The translations under genes and the position numbers were made by a program. DNA of 64,000 nt from Amoebophrya sp. A120 (lineage: Eukaryota > Protista > Dinoflagellata): the NCBI GenBank assembly GCA_905178155.1, contig CAJINV010000004.1, forward strand, positions 938,629 to 1,002,628, given 5' to 3'. Positions 36,929-49,400 of the stretch are shown here, one piece after another (position 1 is the stretch's first letter; every line of letters starts with the position of its first letter). The notes below the pieces were generated by a model that was not told the DNA's origin, did not search any database, and saw nothing but the letters and a program-made list of their open reading frames with translations.

Positions 36929-39900
36929 TTAAAAAGCGTAGTGTACTTCTGACTGTCGCAAGAGCTGCAACTCAATAGGTTCTGTACATTTGGCTATGAT
37001 GAAACCAGTAGTATTGTACAACATGGAGCTCATATAAGAAGAAAAAAGTTCGTCACGATCACTCATGGGCATTTTTGCAATACAAAAAATGCCTGACATG
37101 CGTAAAAATGCATCACAGCCAAACTTCATACGGGATTTCCCTTAGTGGTTCTGCAATACGAGGAAAAGTTGTGATGTTCAAAAAATGTGTAATGCAAAAC
37201 CTCCAAGATAGTGACTGTGACAAACTTTCTTCTCTCCATAGCTCAAAGTCGCCATGCTATTTCCTATACTGTTCCCACACCCAATGTGATGTTTGTCGTG
37301 CCAAATCATACAAGAAAAAGGCACCGCGATAGCGATGCCCGCCGAGTTGTGTCTACAATTTTCAAAACAAACAATTTTTATTGCACTATGACAAAAAATT
37401 CAAAGTTTCTGCTGCGTCCAAAGTTCAAATTGTCATCGGAACATCAGCAAAAAAGACCTTCACCTTGCTCAGAAGAGTATAATTTCTTTGTCCCGCGCCA
37501 GTTAAAAAGCCTAGATGCAGGCCCCCTCCTCTCGCGCGAAAAAACCCGTCGTCTTCAGCATTCGTGTACTGCGGTCCCGCGTTAACGGCGAGTTTGTATT
37601 GGGCACGACAAAGGGTGGTTTTTTATCCGAAACCGTGGGCTATGGATTGCAAAAGCATCGCTCCTCGCACTAATTCTGTAGTAGTGATTGCATTACAAAT
37701 GGCTCAGCGTGGAGACAGAGGGAATATGTCATGCTGAGTTGCCTTGGGAAGAAAATCTGCCATGCATGATTGCGAATATTACTCCGAGTGCGATAGTTCT
37801 TTTACAATCCATATGGGCGGTTTTGCGTGGATGAACTCGATGTCGTCCTTGGTTTTTTCGTACTTCGTATGCATTGCAAACATGTCTGGGTCTGGAAACT
37901 TGAGATAGTGATGCGAGTCAGGGAACTAGTATAGTGCGCACACTGTAATGCACTGCCAAGCATGACAGAGTTTTCCGTGGCTTCGTGTTGCGTACTCCGC
38001 GGCATGAGACACTGCGTCTTTGCATGACATTGACAGACAAGAAGAGCGCTTTCTTGCGGCCACGCAATAGTACAGAACTCCGAGTCACACCAGTCATGCC
38101 GGACCAGCATGACAAATCTCGTCGCAATCTCCCAGACCCAGACATGTTGGCAATCCATATTTCGGGATGGGTAGACTGGGCCAATATCGTGGGTCCTTCT
38201 TGTCTTCGCGGGGCACGCCCACGATGGACGGCTGCAGGAACGGCAGGGTTTCTTGGTGGTAGTCTGTTTTGTTTGTGAGAAAAAAAACCTTGAGTTTGCG
38301 TTTGCGTCCAGGTGAAAAATTACATGTGCGAATGTTTATCCACTGTCCGAGCACAAGATGAGAATGAGTGAACTTCCGATCTACATAAAGCATTAATTTT
38401 AATAAAGCATTAACAGAGAAGTAGATATTGATCTATTCTTGAAGTTTGCCGATCTTGATATCTTTGCCGGAATAGTACTCGATGCATTTTTTTATCCTTC
38501 TTTTGCTATACAAAACAGAAACATCTTGTCCTTACCGTCGAACCACTTGCAGAGCTTTTCTTTCTCCTGCACTACTATCCTGTGCATCTGGTCTTCGGTC
38601 AGTAGCCTCGAGTCCAAGTTGATGCGGTATCAGGGATGAAAGAGTCCTACGCTTTTCGCAGCAATATGGTCGGCCTGTGCTAGTTTCACATGCAAAACAA
38701 AAGAAACCGAACAAGTTCGTAAGCTGAAGAAGCTCGTTGCTTTTATAGAATCTTTCCTGCTTCTTTGTCTGGGACCAGACATTTGTGTCGCTTCTGTTGT
38801 CGCGGCTATTTAAAGTTCTGCATGCACGAGGAGATCGAAACAACACTGTCCGTCCAATTATCTGCCACGAGGGAAAGATTCATCCAAAGGGATATGTGCG
38901 CCAGGTCGTCTAGTCTTGCTCGGAGGAACTCGCTGAGGTCGTACCTTCAGTGTGTTATCTGTTTCTTCAAGATGAAACTGGAGAGCACATAGATACTTAC
39001 ACTTAGTAGCTACTGCGTGCCTGCGCACGAAAAAAATCTTTTGCAAGACAGAGCCACAAACCAAAGACAATAAAAAACATCAACGAGAAAAATACCTCAT
39101 CTGTATCACCCCCACCAGCCTGTCCCGGAGCCCCTCGCGAAAGATAAATTTGTGTCCGATAATGGAGAATAGCACGTCGTAAATTGACGTTGGTAAGCGC
39201 TTTTTTCGGTAGTGCGCGGGGTTGTCAGTCTCCATGTCTGCGGTGGCTTCACCCATTAATGGTCCGAGCTCTTCCAGGTCCAATATGGCGTTCTCAACTC
39301 TTGCATTCTCAACTGTTACATGAATTTGCGATGCAAGAATGGCAAGAGTCAAGGGGCCAAGCTTGCTGCTTTTGCATCACAGATTTGGCACAGATTTAGA
39401 TGCTGTTTAGCCTCTCGGAGATTTGTCATGCGAAGCAGCTTGACCGTCTGGCAGTGGCAGCTGAAGGTTGTCTTGCATGACAAATTCATGTAACAGTTGA
39501 GAATGTAACGTTTGAGAACTCCATATCCAAGTTCGCGACAATATGCAGAGCCTCGAATTGTGCACCCTTTTCCCTGTGATAAGAGAGAGCAAGAACGCTT
39601 AATATTTCCTCAAGCATGATTGCAGCTGCAGTTACACTCTTTGTTCTATCTCAGGAGATCGAGATGGTGATGACCTGATAACATCTTCAAGTGTCGTGTC
39701 CGAGAAGTATCATTGCATAAGCCATAAGAATGCAGCCAAAAACAAGTTTTCCAGATAGTACCTCTTCCCGCGGCTCCCGCCACTGGTCGCTTCCATAAAC
39801 GCCCGCACGTAATTCGTTTTCAGGGTCGGAATTCTTGGCACCGGCAGAGAAAACGCCTCGATGTCGGCCAGGATCTCACTCACCCGGTGCGTCTTGCAGG

Positions 39901-41624
39901 AAAAGTCGCAATACCAGGAGAGAAAAATCTCCTCGATCATCACTTCCAGCTTGTCGTTGTAGCTTATCCTCGCCATGTGCACATCGTGCTTGTTGATCTG
40001 ATTTGTATCATTTATTGTATAAGTGTGCCGTTCCCGTTGCCGCGCAGCTTTTGTTTTGAACATAACAAACCAATGCACAGAATTTGAACAGTCTGACATG
40101 ATATCTGTATCTTCGGTATAAAACGCCATCGTGCATGAAAAACTAACTTCCATGCAGGAAAATGGAGAACAACATGCTCAAAGTGTACTAGTACCATCAG
40201 TGCTTTTCTCGGGTCGCAGCTCGCAACGAAGTCCATGAAAGTTTCGTAGCCCTTGCCGAGTTATCAAATGCAAAAGTGTCTGGGTTTGGAAGATTGCCAG
40301 GCTTGTCATGCATATTTTGCATGGTTCACAACGCTTGTAATGCATGCCCTAGCATCACTGAGTTTTAGATGGCTTCCTGATGCCTATTCCGCATGAGAAA
40401 CGCCGTCCCCGCGTGGCACAAACTGAACTCCTCTTGCTAGTCATGCAATACAGATTTTTTTGGAATCCAAAAACAGCATCATAAGTAAGTTACCAATTTC
40501 CAGACCCAGACCTTTTTGCATTTGATACGAGTCCTCTTTCGAGCTGTTCGAGTAAATCATCCACCACCTGTGTCGGGTCGTACAGCTGTTTTCTTCTCCT
40601 CACCTCGAACGGATTGTCGCACGGGACGCGCTCGCACTCCTGGATGCCGAGCGTGTGCATGCCCTGGATCAAGTTCGCCAGGGAACTGTATGCATTGCAA
40701 GAGTATTACCGCACTCGTACAACTGGTGATATTACTTATTGCATGAGAACGATCAAAATCGTTTTTTTGACCGCCCTGCATGAAAAACTCAAATTGAAGT
40801 TTATTAATTTATTTGTTCCTGAGGAAATAAATTTGCAGAACATGCGAATCCTAGTACCACGTACGTCAATGCGCATGCGTTTCTTGCAATCTGCATAGGC
40901 AGTAATTGTTGTCGATTTCGCACAGCGCGGAGTGGAGCTTCAGGAGAAAGCGAAGCTTGAAGTAGAACATGATGGATTGGAAGTGAATCGTTGGCACTTG
41001 CGTGAAGCACTCGGCTGTGTTCACATTTACCGCCCCGCGGACCGTGGGTGACAGGGGGAGGAACGTGAAACTCGGATTGTCACCGATCACGCAACGGTGG
41101 ACCTTTATGTAGCATGATTTTTTTTGTGTGATTGTTTACCCTGTTCAGCATTACAAATGCATGCTCTGCATTGCCAAAATCGGTATGCAGGCTCAAGCTC
41201 TTCATGTTGATCTTTACAGTACCATAGATGCACATCTAAAGCAGTGAAATGCACATGTACGAAGCAGCTCTCCTCGTGGTGGTGCACCTCTACCCTGCCC
41301 GGGACGCGGACCCTGTACGACGTTTCCCCGTCGAACCTGGAAGCCCACAGCGATTTCGCGTTAAAAACCGTCATATCCAACTCTCGGAACAGGGCGTCCA
41401 CCGTGAGGATCTTGCCCACATTATCATAGGAAAAAGCGTTAACGTTAACGGAGTTTGTGATGCAGTCACGCATCACAAAACGCGCCCAAATTTGTTATGC
41501 ACAGCATGCATAATAGGCAACATTTGTCATGTATACCTGCAATCTATGAAAACCGTTAACGTTAACGCTTTTTCGTCGGATACACGTCCGGCTGGTGCAG
41601 GTCAGAGCCCCGCCGACGCTCCAT
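36929..41624 (-). CDS. Multi-exon hypothetical protein (3' end uncertain)
   Basis: ATG at 41624 (MERRRGSDLHQPDVGKILTVDALFRELD); seven introners whose removal restores frame locally, plus probable GT-AG introns; full exon chain not resolved. Confidence 0.55.
37033..37240. mobile_element. Introner family E
   Basis: TATAAGAAGAAAAAAGTTCGTCACGATCAC...GTGACTGTGACAAACTTTCTTCTCTCCATA; perfect DR GCTCA; interior resembles 44094-44299 in inverted orientation. Confidence 0.85.
37641..37813. mobile_element. Introner family A
   Basis: TATGGATTGCAAAAGCATCG...TTTTACAATCCATA; perfect DR TGGGC. Confidence 0.88.
37868..38159. mobile_element. Introner family B
   Basis: TATGCATTGCAAACATGTCTGGGTCTGG...CCAGACCCAGACATGTTGGCAATCCATA; DR CTTCG/TTTCG. 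Confidence 0.92.
39284..39525. mobile_element. Introner family D
   Basis: TATGGCGTTCTCAA...TTTGAGAACTCCATA; perfect DR TCCAA; related to 45293-45535. Confidence 0.92.
40262..40527. mobile_element. Introner family B
   Basis: TATCAAATGCAAAAGTGTCTGGG...CCCAGACCTTTTTGCATTTGATA; perfect DR CGAGT. Confidence 0.92.
40689..40897. mobile_element. Eroded family A-like introner
   Basis: TATGCATTGCAAGAG...TTCTTGCAATCTGCATA; eroded DR AACTG/GGCAG; frame restored. Confidence 0.65.
41422..41582. mobile_element. Introner family G
   Basis: TIR containing GAAAAAGCGTTAACGTTAACGG; DR CACAT/CACGT. Confidence 0.9.
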
Positions 41625-43408
41625 TTTACTAGTTGACAAAAATTTTACTGAAGATAAGTACACAGTTTCTTTCACTTCACTTCTGCGGGACCGCTCCTTT
41701 TGCTTTTGTCTACGTACTTCTTTATCTTTTCGTTAACAGCTATTTTTTCTACTTGTACTTCTATACAGAGGACTCCGACTTCTGAGACTGACACTGACTA
41801 AAAATATTGATTTATTGAAGATTCCACAATACCGAGTCGTGTCTTTTGTCGAAGTGGTCCCGCTGCTTGCGTCCCCCACCGAGTTATTTGCCTTTGAAGC
41901 AATGATAATGACGGATGGCGCCGCCGTGCGCTTATTGCCCCCCTTCCCTTGTGCAAAAAAAAATTCTGGAGATTGAAGAAGGGAAACTAACATGGATATT
42001 ATTGATAGCGAGTGAAGAACCCGAAGAACGATCGAGTTGAGCGACGACGACGACGAGGTTGGTCCTACTGCGACTTGCGTTTTGCAACATCTCCAGTTGT
42101 ACTCTGCCTACTTCAAGACGACCGATGAAGAACTGCTCTGCATCGAAAGCGAAACAAGAATGCGTCACAAACATTCAAGATATTTAGCCGCCGGGAAAGA
42201 ACAAAAAACGAACGTTAGATCTTCACCGATATGATCAAAGAACAAGTGAGATCAACAAATAAAGAAACACAGATAGCGTATCCCTTGATGAGATTCTTCT
42301 TCACATGATTCTATTTCAGCCCCATCCGAACCAAACTAGTATACAGTCGAAAGGGGTTTATGTTTTGCAAAAATTTAAATTTTTTCCCGGGTTACGGGAG
42401 GGGAGAATCAAATACGTAAAGTGGCCTATATCCGTTTCCGTTAACTCAACATGCACTTCTCAAGTGGGAGCAGCAGCAGTATTGTCGTTGAGTGCGTATG
42501 CGTTGTCGTTGTCGTCGCGAATATAATCACTAGCAAGAAACTACCGGATAGGTAATATGATGCGCGAGCGCGACCAGCGAAGCGTCTACCAAAAGCTGAC
42601 GCAAAAACAAGTACAGCGTCGGCGCGTGCAGGTTCGAAGGCAGGCCATGCCTTTCTTGATCTTGCACTCTTGCTTTTGTAAAAAAAAAGGTGGTATGGCG
42701 GGTCTGGGTGGAGGTGAGGCACTACGAGTCGGCTCTACTGCTACGCATATCAACTCCGTAATACTGAAAATGCTGCTACATTTTCTGGCATAAGAGTTTC
42801 ATTTTGCGTGGCTGCGGGACCGAGGGAATTATGCATGAACGAAGGTACGATTTTGGGGCACTTGTTCTGTGGGGGGTTCGTCCTCTTGGGTTTTACTTTA
42901 CGTGCACTTATGCTTACTAACGGTAAATAAATCACTCAAAAATGATGTTGATGTTAATCCTAAAAACGAGAGAGAAACTAACTTCGCGAGTTAGCGACAT
43001 GGACATTGTGATTGTGTATGATTAAGTAAAAGTTTGCGTGTATGGAAGTGTGCACCTGCATGCTTTGTATGCTATTTGTTTCTACGACTACAAGTACTGA
43101 TTCTTAAGTAATACCGAACTGAACTTCTATCTAACTGACGTTTTTACTAGACTCGAACGACGTATGAATACTAAACTCAATAAAAGCAGAATTCTCATAC
43201 TTTACCGTGAATACTAGACGTGTTGCAGTGAATTTTGATGTGTTAATCTTAAAAACGAGAATGAATAGAACATAACAATAACGCAGCGTGGAGGTTTTAC
43301 TAGCCGCGGCGGGTTTGTGCAGTCAGATTCAGAATTTGAAAAAAATCCTACGTAGAAATCATAAACGACCGTCATATTATCGCTCTGAGCCCGACAATAT
43401 CGGACCGC

Positions 43409-46400
43409 CTACATTCGCGTGGACATCATTGTCACTCCCTTCGCGCCTTTGAATCCCTTTCCCTTACCCTTGCCGAATTGCTGCATGGAAATTTTATCGC
43501 AAGGAAAAATTCCCCCGCCCCATATTGACGAGGTAGGTTTTCGAAAATTTGTGTTGCTGATTTGAGCCTGTGATCCACCTGATATCCGTAGGCCAGCCGT
43601 CGGTGTTGCTGATTTGAGGTCACAAATCACGTTTGTGCTGCAAGAAGACAAGGGCAGCAGCTTCCGTCCCATTATGGAGGCGGTTTGTCATGCTGTTGAG
43701 CCAACATCACGGACGCTTTTCATGCTAAGCGCCTAATTCAAAGCCTCTCTGCTCAGGCTTGATATGGGTCTGCAGTCCTCTCCAGCAAGACAGATATGAT
43801 TTGTTTTTGTGTACTCAAATACAGCAACACACATTTCGCTTTCGATATGGGGAGGGGGGATTTTTCCTTTTGATAGATTTTTGCGTTTCCGTACTGCTGA
43901 AACGCGAGCTCTTCGGCTTTCTGCTGCAGCAGTAACTTCTCCTTCCCCACCCGCAGGCGGTTCTGTTTGTTTTTCACCCATTGGCACACGAGGTCCGTCC
44001 GGCCCTGCCACAGGCGGAGGCGCTTGAAATTCTCCAAAGCGATTTTGTCGGATAGAAGCAGCGTCTGCTCGAACGCGGTGTCGTGCCCCCCGTTATCCAA
44101 GAAAAAAACACCATCACAATCACATGTAGGAGGTTTTGCATCAGAAATTTCTCTCGCATGCCAAATTTTTCTTGTATTGCAAAAACACAAAGGGAAATCG
44201 CCAATAACTCTTGACTGTGATGCATTTTTGCGCATGTCAAAAATTTTTGTATTGCAAAAATGTGCAATAGTGATTGTGATGGTGTTTTTTTCTTGAATAC
44301 CCGTCCAGGAGGTGGTACAGAGAGTACAAAACCGGCGCAATATCAAGAAGAAAAATCCCCCCTCCCCATATCAAAGCGGAAATCTGTGATGCAGATTTGT
44401 GGTCACAAATCGGTTTTGTCATGCTAGAAGGGAAAAGATGCGGACTGTAGTACTGGGTGGCGTGGGGAAGCCTTGCATCTTCAGCATGACAGGAAGCAGC
44501 TGGAAGTGGGAACCAGCATGACAAATTGCCTGCAAACGAGGCCACAATTGCGGCTCTTGGCCTTCTAGCATTACAAGTCGACTTGTGTACTCAAATACAG
44601 CATCACAAGTTTCGTTTTCGATGTGGGGCGGTGGGGGCAATTTTCGTTTTGATACGCAAACTGCTTCTCGAGCACCGCGCGCTTCGCCCGCTTCAGATAC
44701 TGCTCCGCCTCGTTCACCAGGATGGTTTTTACCTCCATGGGCGCCGTCGTGTTTACCGCCTTCAGCCGGTGGATGTCTTCGATCACGTGCTGCGTGTACT
44801 GTTTCAAATGCGTCGCGTTCTCTTCCTTCTGTTTCTCGATCAAAGACAACCGCACCGAGTTCGTCGTGCTTTTCCACTTCAGAAAATCTTCAAAAATCTG
44901 CCGCGTGGCCTGGTTCAAAGTTTTCGTACTATTATTCCCCACTTTCGTGATCGGCAACAACGTGAAGTAGAGGAAGTTGCACATCAGCTGGGCTTTCAAA
45001 ATCATGAACTGCCTTTCCAAACTCGACAATTCGGCATCTAGTAGATGCGCCACGGTCCGCTGCGTCTCCGCGTAGCAGTCGAGCAGCTGCTCGTAGTCGC
45101 TCGTGTCCTCGGCACTGTTGCTGTTCACTTTCATCTGCGACAACTGCGACTCGTAGATCAATTTCAGCAGCGGCTTCAGATCCTTTGTCACCAGGTTTTC
45201 CTGTAGTTCGCGGTTATCCGCCACAAACTCGGCCAGCACCGCGACAATCCCGTCGAAACTCATGGCGTCCAGGTTCTTCGTGGAAGTTGCCGTATGGCGT
45301 TCTCAAATGTTACATTCTCATCTGTTACACGATTTGTCATGCAAAAAGAGCACCAATGTTCACACGGTGAAGCTACTTCGTATGACAAATTTTGGAAGGG
45401 CTAAACGGCATGGGAATGATCTGTGCCGAATTTGTAATGCAAGAGTTGCAAGATCCGGCCTTTGCTTTCCCTGTGGCCATTCTTGCATCACAAATTCATG
45501 TAACAGTTGAAAATGTAACAATTGAGAATCCCATATGCCGCGTGCCGCACATGGGTGTCGAACGCCGCGTTGCGCAACCGGATGGCCAACTGCTCCATCT
45601 CTTCCAACGTCTCTTCGCAGTGGGCGTAGCTGAAAAAGTCGCGCTTCTTGATGGGGTACCTCTGCTCGAACAGGTTCAGGCAGTACAAACAGCAGTGCTG
45701 CCAGGTAGTGGTGGAACCGTAGAAGAACTGTCCAGCAGCTCCTATTCTCGAGGCATCCACTTCTTCGGCTTGATCTCCAGCTGTTGACAATATCGCGACA
45801 CGCTGGGCCGCCTCGGTGGCCGCGGCTTCCTGCAACACGCCTAGCAGCAGGGTGAAGGACGATTTCGAATCCGCAACGTACTTCTTTACTACTTCCTGTC
45901 TCTTCTGCTGATACCTTTCCAGACATTCCTTCCGGTCTGCGAACCCGAATCTATTGTTGTTTGCCGTGGATAAAGTACTTCCACCTGCGGAGGTCTCTAC
46001 TTTCAGTTTTCGCACTAGCATGCCGCGCACCAGCGCCTGGATCCGCTCGGTCGCGGCCACGTAGCGCTTTGCCGTCTGCAAGTTTTCGTACCCGCGGGAC
46101 CTCTGCACGCGGAGAAACACGTGGGTCTTGCCGACCAGAAAGTCGTCCTCCTTCCGCGTGGGAAAGTAGTGCTGTTCCAGCACGTCCTTGCACAAATTCG
46201 CCGCGTCCGCGTCCGTGAGACGCTGGATGCGCGAGATGGAGGCGGAGAGTGTTTTCGTATGAACTGCAAAAGTATCGTAGTCGTACTAGTATACATTGCA
46301 TGACAAATTTCCTCAGCATGAAGACAGCTGCAATTTGTCATGCTGATTTGCCTTGGGAATGAGATTTGTAATGCATGACTGCAATGACTACGAGTACGAT

Positions 46401-49400
46401 ACAGATACTTTTGCAGTTCATATTTCGACGCTTTCCGTGACTTCCGCCTACCGGAGTTTTTGTTCGTTACCGGCGCCTATGCATTGCAAATATGTCTGGG
46501 TCTGGAAGAGGACAAGTTTGCCATGCACATTTTCCATGATCCATGATGTCTGTGATGTATGCCATAGCATCACAGATTTTTTGAGCGCTGAGCAATGCGC
46601 ATCCTGCATGACAAATGCCATCTCCGCGTAGCCAAATTTTGACTCCTCTTGCTGTTCATGCAGTACAGATTTTTTTAGCATCCAAATGCAGCATTACAAG
46701 TTTGGCTCTTCCAGCCCCAGACATTTTTGCATTTGATAGCGCTTCGGTCTTTTCCAACAACGCGTCCGGGAAGGCGACCAGGCTGCGGTATTTTTTCAGG
46801 AAATCTTTCGTCGTTAAATGCAAGTCGAAGCTGCTCTGGCACACCTTCTGCAACTCTAAAATGCCGAGGCCGGCCAGCTGCTTCGTTACCATGTCCGTGT
46901 CGAAATTCAAAGCGGCCTTGGCCGGATTCGGCTTCACGCACATGCAGAAAAACAGTTGGTCCGCCTTCGCCGCGTTCTGCATCAGTTTCAGCAGCTGTCG
47001 CAGTTCCTGCGCGAAGATCATGGTCTTCGGCTCTGACTTCTTCACCAACTCCGGGTCGCTGTCGTGGATCACGCCGAGACCGATTTTCGGCAGCTTCTGC
47101 TCGTACTTGTGAAAGTCCAGGGGGGCCTCGTGCAGAAAGGCGTCCAGCAACGACACCTGGCCTTTTTCGCTCGGCGGGACGTCCTTTTCCAGGTCCGCGT
47201 TGAAATTGGCGAGGCAGGCCTTCATCTCTGACAGGACCGAAGACGGGACGCGGCAGTTATTCGCGATGAAGTTCTTCGTACTGTAAGCGATCACCTGCTT
47301 CGATGAAGTTGATGCACTAGAGTTTTTGTCTGTCGTGGAATTAAAAGACTGCGGCGCGTAGTAGCCCGCGTAGTGCGCGATGAGGAAGGTGGAAAACTTC
47401 TTTTCGATTAGCTGCTGCCTGCCTTCCGCCGCGTTGTCGTCCTCCTCACTGCTGTTCTTCTCGTCACCGCCGCCAGCGGACAGCATCTGCGACTTGTAGT
47501 GGTAGGTCGCACAGAATTCTTGCCACTTGGTCAACTTTTTTGACGGCTGTTCTGGCTTCAATGGGGACATAGTTGTACTATTATTTGCGCTTAGTTTCTC
47601 CTCCAGCTTCTTCAGCAGGGCAAAATCGGAGCTGGTCGTTGCGTTCGACATGGATCTGCGCGCGGTTTTGGTGCTGATCTGCTTGTCGGCATGATCGCAG
47701 TCCCCGGGGAGGTTGTCGGAGAGACGGACCATGTTCTGTAAAGTAACCTCGTCTAGCAGAGGGATGAAGTCGTTTTCCAGGAAGTTCAGAAAATTTTCGT
47801 TGCTGTCGTAAAAGGACCGGGATGACTGAGTAGAGAGCTCAAGTTTTTCCAACCCGGTTTCGTGGCTGCGTTCGAACTCCCGTTTGAGCAGTTGAAGTGA
47901 CTTCTCTACCTCGTTCACCTCGAAAAAGCGGCGGAGCGTCTCCGCCGCGTAGTTCTTCAGAAACTGGTCCAGGGTGTTTTCCTGGACCGACTCGAACCCG
48001 AAGGCGTCCACGAGAAGCAACTTTTTCACGTGCTGCAGGTCGTATTGCTCCGTTTCCACCTTCATGCTCTCGGGCAGCTCTGACATTAAAAGCAGTTCCG
48101 TGTTCATCTTGGTCTTCACGAAGGTAAAGATCGACTCGTACAGGTTAGCGGCAATCCCATCACGGATCCGGAGAACGGAACTGAGAGGATTTTTTGACGT
48201 TTTTTCATTTTTGTGCATATTAATGTGTACATAATGGAATTTCATGCTGGTCGGTCCTCTTCGTTTTACATTTATCAATCTGGTTTTTGGCGTTCACTTC
48301 TTCACTTGAAGAAGAACGACCTGTACATAAACCGATAGGACATCTTGATAGGTGGCGCTGGCGCTGCGGCGCTCGGATATTAAGCTCCTGGTCCTGCTCG
48401 TCACACGTACTAAATCTACAGTACCTACCGCTGATGTGATGATGATCACAGTGGAAAACCAAAACCAAAACGAAAAGCACTAGCACGTCCGTAAATATCA
48501 AACTTTAAGCATTACTGTATTCCCCTTGGTCTGCGAATCGGTTCAGCCGTGCCTGACTTCTTGCTTTTCTCTACCAGGAACAGGTCCTTCAGGACATCCA
48601 CATCTTTCAGCCCGAGCAAGGCCGTCAAGTCCTCAAGCGCCGCGAGCCCCCGGGCCGTTAAGCTCACTGCTCCTTGTCCACCTTCTGTCGTATTCATCTT
48701 GTCGTCCTTGTTGCCATCCGTGTTGGAGGGGGCTGCGCTACTAGTACCGCTGCTGCCACCAGCTGCACCAGCAACGACGTCGATGTTACCGATCTTGAGG
48801 ATGACGTTGAGCAATTTCAAAATCCCGCCCAACTCGGTGTTGCTCACGTTGTACTGCTCCAACAAGCGCCGCATGTCCAGAAACCGGGCGCAATTGAGCA
48901 GGTCAGCGTTCGTCAGCTTCAGCATGGTCGCGTCCTCGTCGGGGAGGAGCATCAGACTCCGCTCGTCGCCGTCATTGGCGTCCTGCTGCTGCAGGTCCGT
49001 GTTCATGTAGCGGTACTGGTTTTCCGCGTGCACGCGCAGCTCTTCGACCACTGACAAGACCCCCAAGTCCTGGTCGCATTTCAGCATGCAGTTGCGCAAT
49101 TGCGCCGGGTGGATTTTTCCGGAGTTCTCCTCCACGATGCGCTGCTCCAGTGTGTCGTCGATCACGATCGCGGAATCCGGGTCCAGCGGAAACTTGTCGT
49201 TGTCAAAGGCCTTGAGCTCGGAAAACTTTTGGATGCACTTCAGGTACGCGAAGAAGCAGGTGAGCAGGTGGAAGTTTGACTCCCCCGGGTTCTGCTTCGC
49301 GACCTTGTTGGCCTCAAAGGCGTAAGTCTTGTTCACCGTCTGCGTCACCAGAAACGGGTACCGGGCCAGCACTTGCTTCTTCTCCTCGCTCAGCATCGCA

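Noticed and set aside
37619-37624. Apparent frameshift at a T6 run, where a protein-like frame continues in another phase
   Set aside because: A homopolymer assembly error or an unrecognised intron is more likely than programmed frameshifting; cannot be resolved without reads.
41103-41259. Possible additional eroded introner
   Set aside because: Explained adequately as a GT-AG intron (GTACAT...ATAAAG) joining ESCF to VHRC; no 5-bp DR fits the TAT...ATA ends in frame.
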